From: Cyclobacteriaceae bacterium | GTDB taxonomy: Bacteria; Bacteroidota; Bacteroidia; Cytophagales; Cyclobacteriaceae | DNA length: 64,000 nucleotides | Direction of reading: 5' to 3' | NCBI GenBank assembly: GCA_965217295.1 | Contig: CBDCHR010000007.1 | Coordinates: 8,258 to 72,257 of the forward strand | Shown: one piece after another, positions 21,242-30,606 of the stretch | Layout of the letters: each line of letters begins with the position of its first letter | Numbering within the stretch: the first letter of the stretch is position 1 | Notes under the pieces: generated by a model | Databases searched by the model: none | Seen by the model: the letters and a program-made list of their open reading frames with translations, nothing else | What the model was told of the DNA's origin: nothing | Made by a program: the position numbers and the translations under genes

Positions 21242-22267
21242 TCAACTCGAAGTTTTAGCCCTGAATGAAACACGTTTTTGCGTCTCGGCACTTTCAATAG
21301 CAGCTAAGACCATTGCTAAACTCTTGATATTGTCTGTACAAACAGTATCGGGTTCACGATAATTTTCGAGTGCAGACACGAAGGCTTGAATAGCTCCTAG
21401 ATGGCCTTCGCCAAGCTCTGTAGCTTTGAGGATGGGCACTTCTAAAGAATTGTAACTTGAAAAAAAGCCCGAATCATTCTCAACAACTTCAGCCTTGAAG
21501 CCACTCATTCCATCCCAACTTACACTGCCTCTCGTACCGATAATACGCCACTCGCTTTCCCAAGCGGTGCGCAAGCCTTCAGCGCACCAGCTACCACGGT
21601 AATTAAAAACGACCCCATGGCCCATTTCAAAAATAGCCACTGCCGAAGCATCCTGTTCATACCAGGACCCGCTGGGATTCCACTCATAGCAGTAAACGGC
21701 TCGAGGGTCTTCAGCAATCAGGTAACGAGCTGCGTCAAACGTGTGAATAGCCATGTCTTTGATGAGAACGTGCTGCATCGTGTCCCGAAAGCCACCGAAG
21801 TGCGCCCCGAGATAAAAGTCGGCATTGATCGTCGTGACGGTGCCCAAAACGCCTGACGCCAAAAAGTTCTTTAGCCGACGAAGGTTCCTATCGTACCGGC
21901 GGTTTTGCATAACGGCGAAAGTTTTGCCTGCAGCCTTAGCAGTTGCGACCATCTCATGGGCCTGTCCCAGAGACTCTGCCATAGGTTTTTCGCCAAAAAC
22001 ATGACAACCCGCATTTAGTGCTGTAAGCGTCACTTCGTAATGAGCTCGAGGGACGGTGCAGTCAAAAACAACTTCGGGCCTAGTGCCACTCAGCACATCG
22101 GAGAGATTCGAGCCGACTGGCACATCCAGCTCGAATTGTTGAACCCTTTTGTTGGCAAGCTCCACACTGAGGTCAACCAAACCTACAATTTCGATGGCGG
22201 AAATCTCTTGGCTGGCCTTGAGCCAGGTTTCGCTGATACTGCCGCAACCGACTACAAGTACCTTCAT
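21242..22267 (-). CDS. Gfo/Idh/MocA oxidoreductase
   Basis: VVGCGSI, GEKPMA, QNRRY, DMAIHTFD. Confidence 0.9.
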   Translation of the reverse strand: MKVLVVGCGSISETWLKASQEISAIEIVGLVDLSVELANKRVQQFELDVPVGSNLSDVLSGTRPEVVFDCTVPRAHYEVTLTALNAGCHVFGEKPMAESLGQAHEMVATAKAAGKTFAVMQNRRYDRNLRRLKNFLASGVLGTVTTINADFYLGAHFGGFRDTMQHVLIKDMAIHTFDAARYLIAEDPRAVYCYEWNPSGSWYEQDASAVAIFEMGHGVVFNYRGSWCAEGLRTAWESEWRIIGTRGSVSWDGMSGFKAEVVENDSGFFSSYNSLEVPILKATELGEGHLGAIQAFVSALENYREPDTVCTDNIKSLAMVLAAIESAETQKRVSFRAKTSS

Positions 22268-22334
22268 CTATTCAGATCCTTTCAACCGATAAAATGGCCT
22301 CCCACCGGGAGGCCATTTTATCGAGCGTTCAACT

Positions 22335-23291
22335 CTACGCCTCGTCCTCACGCTCACTTGACCCCCACTTTTCACAACCACCCTCGCCAGAAGGGCGCAC
22401 GAGGGGTTTGGCTATATCTTCGGTGCCTTTCCAGTAGTAAGGATCATTACCTACAACTATTTCGACATCCCGGTAATCCGCAATCGCCATATGCTCTCCC
22501 TCTTGAGGCAGTCGCCAGGGTAGTAGAGACGAAGCGTTCATATAGTGGTTCACCAACACTCGCCTGTAACCCGTTGTGGCTCTATTTGGGAAAGAGCGAT
22601 GCAAGGTATAACCGTTAAAGAAAACGATACTTCCTGCCTTGACTTCCACAGGTATGGCGTCAGCATCGGTAAAAGGAAAACCTTGAGATTCATCGGTGCA
22701 GTCGAAACGTTTATCTTTCTGTACTTCGAGAGGCCATAAAACGCCATGTTTATGAGAACCTGGGATGATCCAGAGGCAACCATTTTCAATGGTGGCGTCA
22801 TCCATCGCTATCCAGCCACCGATCAAGGAACGATCCCGCGTTGGAATAAAATCTTCGTCCTGATGCCAGGCTTGCCCAGGTTTGCCTGAAGGTTTTATAA
22901 ACAACATCGACTGCATACACTTGACGTTGGGTCCGACGACTTCTGCGAGGACTTGAACTATTGTGGGTGTAGCCAAATATTTTCTCATGACGCCCGAGAT
23001 CTTATGTGGAAAATGGATGCATAAGTAGTGCCTCAAAATGTCATCGTCGCTACCTTCTAACAGGTTTAAATCTACACCTTCTACCTCACCACGCTCACCT
23101 TTACAAATAAGCAAAGCTTCTTCACGCAGTTCTACGAGTTCTTCTTCTGTTAGGGCGGCAGGGATAACCAGATAGCCATTTTCTTCATAAAAGCTGTTAA
23201 AGGTTCCATCATCGGCAACAGTTGCCTCTGCAACGAAGTTAGGATTCCCTTTTTTGAGAGCTTCGAGCTGCGGATCCAAGGTTACAGTCAT
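22335..23291 (-). CDS. PhyH-family Fe(II)/2-oxoglutarate dioxygenase
   Basis: ATG at 23291 after SD AAGGAG; WHQDEDF, WIAMDDATIENGCL, TLHRS...R. Confidence 0.88.
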   Translation of the reverse strand: MTVTLDPQLEALKKGNPNFVAEATVADDGTFNSFYEENGYLVIPAALTEEELVELREEALLICKGERGEVEGVDLNLLEGSDDDILRHYLCIHFPHKISGVMRKYLATPTIVQVLAEVVGPNVKCMQSMLFIKPSGKPGQAWHQDEDFIPTRDRSLIGGWIAMDDATIENGCLWIIPGSHKHGVLWPLEVQKDKRFDCTDESQGFPFTDADAIPVEVKAGSIVFFNGYTLHRSFPNRATTGYRRVLVNHYMNASSLLPWRLPQEGEHMAIADYRDVEIVVGNDPYYWKGTEDIAKPLVRPSGEGGCEKWGSSEREDEA

Positions 23292-23412
23292 AATGACTCC
23301 TTTACACGGAGGCTCGAGCCAGGGCTGCAAACGTCTTTTGTGCTTTTGCAAGCCTACCGGAGCGAACGTTATGTTCGAGTATAATCTTTCGAAACGGAAA
23401 AGTCGTTCGAAA

Positions 23413-24321
23413 ATGAAAAAGAATGATTTGAACACTGAAATTACTGAGTCCTACTATCCAGTTACACTTATGCCTGAAGTTCTCGGCCTCGGTTGGAGCA
23501 CATTTCGTCAGGGAACGCTCGGTGGACCAAGACCCAGCAGCAGCAAAAGTTGGGAAATATGTTTTGTGGATGAAGGCAGTGTCGAGTGGTGGATCCATGA
23601 CGAGTTATTTGAAACAGGTCCAAAAAGTTTATTTATCAACAAGCCGGGCGAGTGGCACGGTGGCGCTAGCGGCATGGTGCAACCTTGTGAAATGTACTGG
23701 ATCCAGTTTTTCTTTCCCCCTGAAGGTGAACTGCCTGGTTTACACGAACAGACTGTCGCTGAAATCAAGAAGATATTTTCAGGTATGCAGAAGCGTCACT
23801 TTCCCGCTTCTGCACAAATGCAGAGCTTTTTTGAGCAACTCTTAGATGAACAGCGTCGGCAGACAATGTATGCAGAAAGCGCTGCCAGAGCAGCTTTCCA
23901 CCAAATTCTGATCGGGACTGCACGAGACTACCTAGCTCAAGAAAAGATAGAGTTTTCTCCCAGCATTAAGAAAGCCCTTGACTGGATGGATGCTCATGCG
24001 ACCGAAGATTTTCATAGCGAGCACTTAGCGCGACAGGTCGGTCTAAGCGTGGGGCATTTTTACAAGCTGTTTCGCCAAGAGGTCGGACTCAGCCCCGCCA
24101 ACTATTATGTGCGTCAGCGTCTCTCACGAGCGAAGCAGTTGCTTCGCAATTCTACATTAACGATTACAGACATCGCGGTTGCTCTAGGTTTTTCCAGCAG
24201 CCAATACTTCTCTACCGTTTTTAAACGGTACGTTGGTTTGTCTCCGAGCGAATATCGGCGGCTCAGACAAGAAAAGCGGAGCCATCTGCCGAGTGAGAGG
24301 GGTTGGCAATTTTTATGGTAG
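23413..24321 (+). CDS. AraC-family regulator
   Basis: Cupin N-domain, C-terminal HTH (FSSSQYFSTVFKR); divergent from the PhyH gene. Confidence 0.9.
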   Translation: MKKNDLNTEITESYYPVTLMPEVLGLGWSTFRQGTLGGPRPSSSKSWEICFVDEGSVEWWIHDELFETGPKSLFINKPGEWHGGASGMVQPCEMYWIQFFFPPEGELPGLHEQTVAEIKKIFSGMQKRHFPASAQMQSFFEQLLDEQRRQTMYAESAARAAFHQILIGTARDYLAQEKIEFSPSIKKALDWMDAHATEDFHSEHLARQVGLSVGHFYKLFRQEVGLSPANYYVRQRLSRAKQLLRNSTLTITDIAVALGFSSSQYFSTVFKRYVGLSPSEYRRLRQEKRSHLPSERGWQFLW

Positions 24322-24382
24322 AGGCAAAAGAACTTGCGCAGAAAGAGGTTTTGGTGCGAGACATCGGCAGGAGCGTGTAGGC

Positions 24383-25492
24383 ATGAAAGCGTTCTCGCTG
24401 CGCTCCGAATGTGTCCGCCTCGAGGTCACCAAGCTTGGCGGCCATCTGGGGAACGTGACGTTTACATTCGGCGAGCGAGAGCTAACTCCAATGCATACAG
24501 CACATTGGGCCGAGGAGGAACTGGAGGGGGAGACCCCACCTGTGCTGCGGGTCCTCCGAGGTGACTTCTTCGCGGCACCTTTCGGGGACAGTGACGTGCT
24601 CGCTGATGGGCAGCACACACACGGCCTTACGGCCAACGGGCACTGGGTTGAGAGCGCGCGTGTCGGTTCCCGGCTCGAGCTTACGCTGGATGGGACCGTG
24701 ATGGGTGCCACTGTACGCAAAGTTGTCGAGCTCCGTCCGAGTGAGTCTGTCATCTACCAGCGCCATGTATTTGACGGGGGCAGCGGTCGCCTGCCACTCG
24801 GCCACCATGCCATGCTTAGGGCCAACGGTGTGCTGCGTTTGTCCTTCGCCCCGTGGCAATGGGCGGGCACGCCGCCAGAGCCGGTGGAGCAGTTGCCGCG
24901 GGGGTACTCTGCCCTTCGTTATCCGCAACAGATTAGCGACCTGAGGCGGACTACCCTTGCAGGAGGTGGTGAAACTGACCTGACCCGCTTTCCCACACTG
25001 AAGAACCATGAAGACCTGTGGATGCTGGTGACAGACCGCTCGCAGGAAGTCGCCTGGACAGCCGCGACGTGCGAGCAGGAGCGTTGGGTGTGGTTTTCTC
25101 TCAAGAACCCTAAGGTTTTACCGGAGACAGTGGTGTGGCTCAGTCATGGAGGCCGCGCTTATCCGCCTTTCTCGAGCCGCCATCGTGGAGTTGTAGGTTT
25201 GGAGGAGGTATGCGCTTACTTCCACCTGGGTCACGCGGCCTCTCTGGCCGAAAATGACCTCACCCGCCTCGGTGTTCCTACAGCCATTGACCTCACCGTC
25301 GAGCGGCCGACCGAGATCCCGTACATATTTGGTTTGACTGAGATTCCAGAAGGTTTTGGAGCCGTGGAAGAACTACGTGTCGGGAGCGACGAAATCCTTC
25401 TTGTCGGCAGTAGAGGATCGTCGGTAGCAGTGCATTGTGACGCCTCTTTTCTTAATATGGGTCGCGCGAGGCTGAAGATTAGCTCTGCGTGA
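24383..25492 (+). CDS. Hypothetical protein, probably galactose-mutarotase-like fold
   Basis: RGDFFAAPFG, HGLTANGHW, LPLGHHAML resemble aldose-epimerase superfamily motifs. Confidence 0.5.
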   Translation: MKAFSLRSECVRLEVTKLGGHLGNVTFTFGERELTPMHTAHWAEEELEGETPPVLRVLRGDFFAAPFGDSDVLADGQHTHGLTANGHWVESARVGSRLELTLDGTVMGATVRKVVELRPSESVIYQRHVFDGGSGRLPLGHHAMLRANGVLRLSFAPWQWAGTPPEPVEQLPRGYSALRYPQQISDLRRTTLAGGGETDLTRFPTLKNHEDLWMLVTDRSQEVAWTAATCEQERWVWFSLKNPKVLPETVVWLSHGGRAYPPFSSRHRGVVGLEEVCAYFHLGHAASLAENDLTRLGVPTAIDLTVERPTEIPYIFGLTEIPEGFGAVEELRVGSDEILLVGSRGSSVAVHCDASFLNMGRARLKISSA

Positions 25493-25553
25493 ATCTGGAT
25501 ATACTCGATTGCTGTCGAAGTTTCCTTTTCTTACTCACGACTGCGCCTCGCTG

Positions 25554-25585
25554 TTGTGCGACAGACGCGCGCAACTGTCGCACAA
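25554..25585. terminator. 11-bp stem-loop at the end of the sugar cargo
   Basis: TTGTGCGACAG-N10-CTGTCGCACAA. Confidence 0.45.
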
Positions 25586-25777
25586 ACCCTTCAGTGGACA
25601 ACGAACGACCCACCCCCCCTCTCGCGACACCGGGCGCGGCTTGACCTTGACTTGCTGGCAGGGGAAAGGCAATAAAAAAGGCGCTCTCTCAAGCGCTTAC
25701 TCCTTGAAGTCCCACTGGACAAACTACGCCACCCATCCTAAGCTAATCTTGAACTTGCAGCAATTTTCTGGGAGGTC

Positions 25778-26293
25778 ATGATGAGCGTTGTAGTCGGCGA
25801 CGTTATTCTAGCGGTCAGTGAAGCTACCGAGCTTGCCTTTAGAGATTTCAATTCCTATCTGGATCTTCAAAAAATCACCGTCGAACTCCTCACCGAGGTT
25901 ACCCAAGGCGCAGAAAGTAACTTTGAGTACAAGCTTTTGAAAGCTATTAATCTAAGTGGTAAGGCCGGAATCAGCAAAAAGGACGTTAGCACGCTTACGC
26001 TCGAGTTGACCCGCAGGGCCGAAGCGAAAACTGAGGCTATCCCCAAGTTGACGATAGGGGTCGAAAAAGCGGTCGAAGGTATCAGAAGTGCCCTCAAAGC
26101 GCTTGTCACCGACCGTCAGTTCCGCTTCAAACTCGATAAAGCCACAATCGACCTGAAGTTTACGGTCAAGAAAGAGGGCGCTGCCGACTTCTTGGTGGTG
26201 GGAGTTTCCGGGTCAGAGGAGATGACACACCACCTGATCCTGGAGGTCTATGAAGCCTCCGAAGAGCCACAGGAAGAGAGTCAACTCTTTTAA
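25778..26293 (+). CDS. Hypothetical protein resembling two tandem trypsin-co-occurring (Trypco2-like) domains
   Basis: Both halves follow helix + beta hairpin; second half IRSALKA...FKLDKATIDLKFTVKKEG...THHLILEV. Confidence 0.5.
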   Translation: MMSVVVGDVILAVSEATELAFRDFNSYLDLQKITVELLTEVTQGAESNFEYKLLKAINLSGKAGISKKDVSTLTLELTRRAEAKTEAIPKLTIGVEKAVEGIRSALKALVTDRQFRFKLDKATIDLKFTVKKEGAADFLVVGVSGSEEMTHHLILEVYEASEEPQEESQLF

Positions 26294-26340
26294 TCCGAGT
26301 TGGTCGAGCTTATTGGTGCTTTTTACCGGCGGAGGCAGTG

Positions 26341-27612
26341 TTACCGGCACGCCTGCACCCCACCCCCGCTATAACTGAAGCTGTCCATCAGCGCACCCGC
26401 CGCGTCGTACAAAAAAGCCGTATCGCCATTGTTGTTCCAAATGGCGCTACCGGTATTTCTCACCTCGTAACGCTGCCCCGCCTCGAGGCTGCCCGACAGA
26501 ACAAAGTGGTGGTTCGCCTCGTCTTCCAACCGCCAACCCGTCACGTCGGTGGTGGCATGGGCAAAAAGGGTTACACTCTCGTTGCCATTGTCCTCTCCAG
26601 CCGGGTTGTAGAGCACGCACTGAATGGTGACCGTTCCTTGCCCGTCTGGTGCGGGTGGCGGGGTGGGGTTTGGACCCGGTGCCGGCGTCGGACCAGGCGC
26701 AGGACTGGGCTCCGGTTGGGGCGCAGGGGCGGCTCGTTCTGTGCTGACCGTATAGCTGCCGTCCGAGCGCGCGGCTACCGTAATCGTACCTTGCAGGTCG
26801 GTGCGGTAGACCGCTGCGTCGACGGCCGCGTAGAGCCGCAGCGCCTCGTCGCTGGGATGGCCGTAGCTGTTGCCCGCTCCCACACTGATGACAACGGTTT
26901 CGGGCTCGAGTCGGCTCATCGTCAGCGGGATGTCGCCGTTGGCGCTGCCGTGGTGACTGGCTTTGTGAACCTGGACGGGCTCGAGCACCCCCAAATCGTC
27001 CCAATAGTTCCACTCGGCCCCCTCGCTGTCGCCGGTCAGGCTCGCCCTGAAGGAGCCGTAGCTGACCATCACCCCGACGCTGTTGTCGTTCTGTCCCAAG
27101 CTCGTATCCCCCGGCGGCGGCAGGATGCGTAGAGTCACGTCGCCCAAGGTAATCGTGCGGGCGGTGGGCTCGAGCAGTTGACTCCCGGCTGCCTGCACCG
27201 CCTGAAGCAGTTCGGCGTAGGTCTGGGTGGTGTGGGGCAGGGCATTGTCCATGAAAAACCTCGGCTTGTAATAGCGCACCACTTCAACCAGACCGTTGAT
27301 GTGGTCGAAGTCGGCGTGGGAGGCAATCACCAGGTCGAGTTTGGTCACGCCGCGCGCTTGCAGCTGCTCGAGGGCCCTGTCTGCATAGCGGCCGCCGTCG
27401 TAGAGGACGTTCTGGCCCGTCGGGGCCTGAATCAGCACAGCGTCGCCCTGGCCCACGTCGAGAAGGGTTACAACGAGGCTGTCGGGACTGGGTGTAGGTG
27501 TGGGTTCGGGGGCAGGCGCGGGTTGGGGGGACGGGGTGGGCTGCGGTGCCGGCTGGGCGTTGCAGCTCAGCAAGCCGGACCACAGGAGGACGACGAGCAA
27601 CAGGCGGGTCAC
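26341..27612 (-). CDS. ComEC/Rec2-like MBL-fold nuclease lipoprotein with C-terminal lamin-tail domain
   Basis: Lipobox LLSC; DVGQGDA, SHADFDHING, NDNS, LTGD, HHGS, GHP; Pro-rich linkers; LTD-like tail (WNNNGDTA). Confidence 0.88.
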   Translation of the reverse strand: MTRLLLVVLLWSGLLSCNAQPAPQPTPSPQPAPAPEPTPTPSPDSLVVTLLDVGQGDAVLIQAPTGQNVLYDGGRYADRALEQLQARGVTKLDLVIASHADFDHINGLVEVVRYYKPRFFMDNALPHTTQTYAELLQAVQAAGSQLLEPTARTITLGDVTLRILPPPGDTSLGQNDNSVGVMVSYGSFRASLTGDSEGAEWNYWDDLGVLEPVQVHKASHHGSANGDIPLTMSRLEPETVVISVGAGNSYGHPSDEALRLYAAVDAAVYRTDLQGTITVAARSDGSYTVSTERAAPAPQPEPSPAPGPTPAPGPNPTPPPAPDGQGTVTIQCVLYNPAGEDNGNESVTLFAHATTDVTGWRLEDEANHHFVLSGSLEAGQRYEVRNTGSAIWNNNGDTAFLYDAAGALMDSFSYSGGGVQACR

Positions 27613-27890
27613 AGGTCCAGGTTCCCTTCGGGCGCTTTGGGCAGCGTCGAGCGCAGGTCTTCGACTTCCTCACGCCGTTTGGCGGTCTTGGCGGCATCGA
27701 CCCGGAACGAAACATACGAACTGGTGCCCGACGCGCTCTCGGTTACTCTCAGCCTCAGCACGTCGCCTTCTTTGGTCTTTGGAGGAAGCCAGTTGCGAGG
27801 CACGTTCAAGGTCACGCCGGCGCTGAGTTCCAAGACCGCCTGGTCGTTGTCTTCGAAGCGGTCGAGGGTGGCGTAAAAGCTTGGGGTCAC
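27609..27890 (-). CDS. DUF3006-like small protein
   Basis: ATLDRFEDNDQAVLE...LPPKTKEGDVL; usual partner of ComEC-like genes; start uncertain. Confidence 0.75.
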   Translation of the reverse strand: MTPSFYATLDRFEDNDQAVLELSAGVTLNVPRNWLPPKTKEGDVLRLRVTESASGTSSYVSFRVDAAKTAKRREEVEDLRSTLPKAPEGNLDL

Positions 27891-27943
27891 GCTTCTATTA
27901 GAGCACGGCCACCTTGACACCTCCAAAAGCGGTAGCCTCGGCT

Positions 27944-28147
27944 ATGGACGACCTGAAAGTCTTGAGCGAAACGGTGCTCGAGCGCGCCGCGGCGCTGGCC
28001 GAGGTGCGCCTGAAGCATGTGCCCTGGGACGCCGTCGCGGCGGGGGAGCTGGACCTGCATGAGTTTGTCAAAGCCATTTACCTGGACGGGGTGCGGGACG
28101 GTATGGGGTATCTCGAGCACCTGCTCGAGGAGGGTGGCGAAGGCTGA
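27944..28147 (+). CDS. Small hypothetical protein
   Basis: Host-like codons; TAGCCT just upstream of the ATG. Confidence 0.55.
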   Translation: MDDLKVLSETVLERAAALAEVRLKHVPWDAVAAGELDLHEFVKAIYLDGVRDGMGYLEHLLEEGGEG

Positions 28148-28169
28148 GGAGTGGGGGAGAGGCGCGCTG

Positions 28170-28203
28170 AAAAAGAAAAAAGCCGGACCAATGTGTCCGG
28201 CTT
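28170..28203 (-). terminator. Rho-independent terminator for the R-M operon
   Basis: Minus strand AAGCCGGAC-acattg-GTCCGGCTT followed by a T-run. Confidence 0.75.
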
Positions 28204-28454
28204 AGAGGGTGAGCAGGGAAGACGTGGGGGATGGTTGCTCAGTAAGAGAAGTCTAGCAAAACACCTCTCACAAAAATCTGACGACGCCGGACACACAAGG
28301 TGTAAGTCTGTTAGCCTGTTTCTGTACTGGACATCACCATCGGAAGCCCCGCGGCTATTGCCGGGAAGTTGCAGCGGGAGTGCTCGAGTTTGTGTTTAGC
28401 GTCCCAACCGGTTAGCTCCAAAGTGGTTCGGTCAAAAGTGCCACGAGCGAGAGG

Positions 28455-29081
28455 TTACTCGTCGAACGTGTCCAGGTTTGTTTCCATGCTCTCGAGCATT
28501 TGCTCGCGAATTTTTTCAAGGTCGTAGGTTGCCAGGGATTCCATCTTCTCGGCCCATGAGCGCCCCGAATGTATCTGGTCCCAGACAGAGCGCTTTTGGT
28601 TATAGCGCCCTTTGCCAGGATCATGGATCCCGAACCCACTTAAGTGCGAGTTCCAGGGAGGGCGTAAGCGGCGTATCATCGTGTGCTCCGCCCATTGTAC
28701 CAACTCGGCTTTCATGGGGATAACCCGGAAATCGAAATCCTGCACCTGAAGGGTTGTGCTGGCCGCTTTGATGGTACGAGAGTGCTCGCCGAGACGTTTA
28801 AAAAGGCTGTTCTCGGCGAGGCTTTTTCCTGTTCGACCACCGGCACTTACCGCTTTGCCAACGTAGATGGGCTTAAAAGGCCCGGCCATGTTCTTGGCCG
28901 CGATGTCCTGGTAAAGCTCAAATTCGCCGCGATAGTACAGGCAATAGACGCCAAAGTGCTGCCTTAACTCGGTCTTGTACCGCGCCAATGTGTCGAGAGA
29001 GAAGTGGGGTGCATCCCTGTAGTAGTCAATCAACTCACGCTCGATGTTTGCCGGGATTTCGAAAACCTTGAATTGACCCAT
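28455..29081 (-). CDS. Eco29kI-family GIY-YIG type II restriction endonuclease
   Basis: GVYCLYY, PIYVGKA, LFKRLGEH, AEHTMIR, PPWN, GFGIHDPGKGRY, WDQIHSGRSWA. Confidence 0.9.
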   Translation of the reverse strand: MGQFKVFEIPANIERELIDYYRDAPHFSLDTLARYKTELRQHFGVYCLYYRGEFELYQDIAAKNMAGPFKPIYVGKAVSAGGRTGKSLAENSLFKRLGEHSRTIKAASTTLQVQDFDFRVIPMKAELVQWAEHTMIRRLRPPWNSHLSGFGIHDPGKGRYNQKRSVWDQIHSGRSWAEKMESLATYDLEKIREQMLESMETNLDTFDE

Positions 29082-29128
29082 TAAGGGGTCAGTATCACAT
29101 ACTCACCATGCTCGAGAAGTTAGATTTT

Positions 29129-30316
29129 TCAAGCCGCGACCTGCAAGGTCCTTTCCAGTGCCCCGGCAACGCTTGAAGCAACGATGCGGGCAAGCTGCAC
29201 CGGCACCGCGTTTCCCAACTGCCGCATGATTTCGCCCCACGCGCCCGAGAAGTAGTAGGCATCATCGAAAGTTTGAATCCGCGCGGCTTCTCTCACCGTG
29301 TAGTAGCGGACTGACCCATCCGGGAAGCGAATCATGTTTTCACCTCCCGGCACGCCATGACCGCCAGCCTTGAGCGCTTTGCTAGGCTCGTCCAAGGGAC
29401 TGCCGGTGTGACCCGGGTAGGTGCGCGCACCGGGAATAAAAACGTGGTTTAAAAAGTCATTCGTCGGGTATCTTTCCGGGTCGGGAAGGTCGCAAATCGC
29501 ATCTCTCACGGTACGCCAGGGAAACGCTCTTTGCTCGAAAAGCGTGTCCTGCTGTTCCAGTTGTTTAACCCTGACCGGTAGCCGGGGCGTGTCGTCAGGT
29601 TTCGGAATATCGCGTTCTTCCCAGTAGCCGCCCGTCACGTACTGTTCGTAAAGCAACCTATCTCTCGAATGGGTAGGTAAGGGAAAGTGCCAATTCACGG
29701 CCAAATCATTGCGAAAACCCACGAAGAAAACACGCTCGCGCCTTTGTGGCACCCCGTAGTCCGCCGCTTGTAAAACCTCCGTGACGACGGAGTAAGCAGG
29801 ACCATCATCAAACCGGGAGCCGTGGAGGTGATGCTGCTCCAGGCGTGCCAGATGGTTGTTCCACGCTTCATCACCGTTTCGTGAAATCCACGGGTACTGT
29901 AGCTGCAGGCGAATATATTCGAAGTAGTTGCGGAAAGTCTGGCGGGTAATGCCCTTGACATTCTCGAAGATAAACGCCTTGGGCCGCGCTTCACGTACAG
30001 CGCGAACGACCTGCGGGAACATGTCCCGGTGGTCGTCGTGGCCTTTATGCTTGCCACCGATGCTAAAAGGCTGGCAAGGGGGACCGCCGGAAATCAAGTC
30101 CACACCACTGAAATCTTTGAAATTGAGCGTGGTCACGTCACCTTCTACTACATTCCAGTCTCTTACTACGGCGTGCGTCCGCGCTTGATTCTCGCGTAAG
30201 GTGCGGCAAGCGTCCCGGTTCCACTCCGCCACGAGTTCAGGATGAAAACCTGATAGGGCTAAACCTTGCGCGAGACCACCCGCGCCCGCGAACAGCTCGA
30301 GAGATGAAAATGCCAT
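29129..30316 (-). CDS. DNA cytosine-C5 methyltransferase (cognate of the Eco29kI-like REase)
   Basis: ELFAGAGG, GGPPCQPFS, ENVKG, PQRRERVF, REAARIQTF, GNAVP. Confidence 0.95.
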   Translation of the reverse strand: MAFSSLELFAGAGGLAQGLALSGFHPELVAEWNRDACRTLRENQARTHAVVRDWNVVEGDVTTLNFKDFSGVDLISGGPPCQPFSIGGKHKGHDDHRDMFPQVVRAVREARPKAFIFENVKGITRQTFRNYFEYIRLQLQYPWISRNGDEAWNNHLARLEQHHLHGSRFDDGPAYSVVTEVLQAADYGVPQRRERVFFVGFRNDLAVNWHFPLPTHSRDRLLYEQYVTGGYWEERDIPKPDDTPRLPVRVKQLEQQDTLFEQRAFPWRTVRDAICDLPDPERYPTNDFLNHVFIPGARTYPGHTGSPLDEPSKALKAGGHGVPGGENMIRFPDGSVRYYTVREAARIQTFDDAYYFSGAWGEIMRQLGNAVPVQLARIVASSVAGALERTLQVAA

Positions 30317-30320
30317 GCTG

Positions 30321-30515
30321 CTACCCGGACCCTTCCACCGACTGTTTTTGTAAAACCTTCCGGACGAAATCACTGTCGCGGTCATAAAGGATGCGATAAA
30401 ACGTTAGTGCCTGTTCGATGATCGCGGCCTGGGTGCTACCGGTCAAGCTTTGTACCGCGCCCAGATGCTCAAGCGCCTCGGTGCTCAACCGGAAGGATGT
30501 TGCCCGTTTCTTCAT
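30321..30515 (-). CDS. Small ribbon-helix-helix regulator at the head of the R-M operon
   Basis: ATSFRLSTEALEHL...TQAAIIEQAL; TTGACA-N18-TACGAT lies 7 nt before the ATG (leaderless). Confidence 0.65.
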   Translation of the reverse strand: MKKRATSFRLSTEALEHLGAVQSLTGSTQAAIIEQALTFYRILYDRDSDFVRKVLQKQSVEGSG

Positions 30516-30606
30516 TGCATGTATCGTATTGCAAAAAGCGGTACAATGTCAACCATGTTCGATCAATGGTGGTACGGCCAAAAAACTTTTTCCAGGTTGG
30601 ACACCC

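Noticed and set aside
26640-27560. Pro-rich repeats in the ComEC-like protein (also PDLP repeats at 61950-62060)
   Set aside because: Ordinary low-complexity linkers, not DNA repeat arrays.
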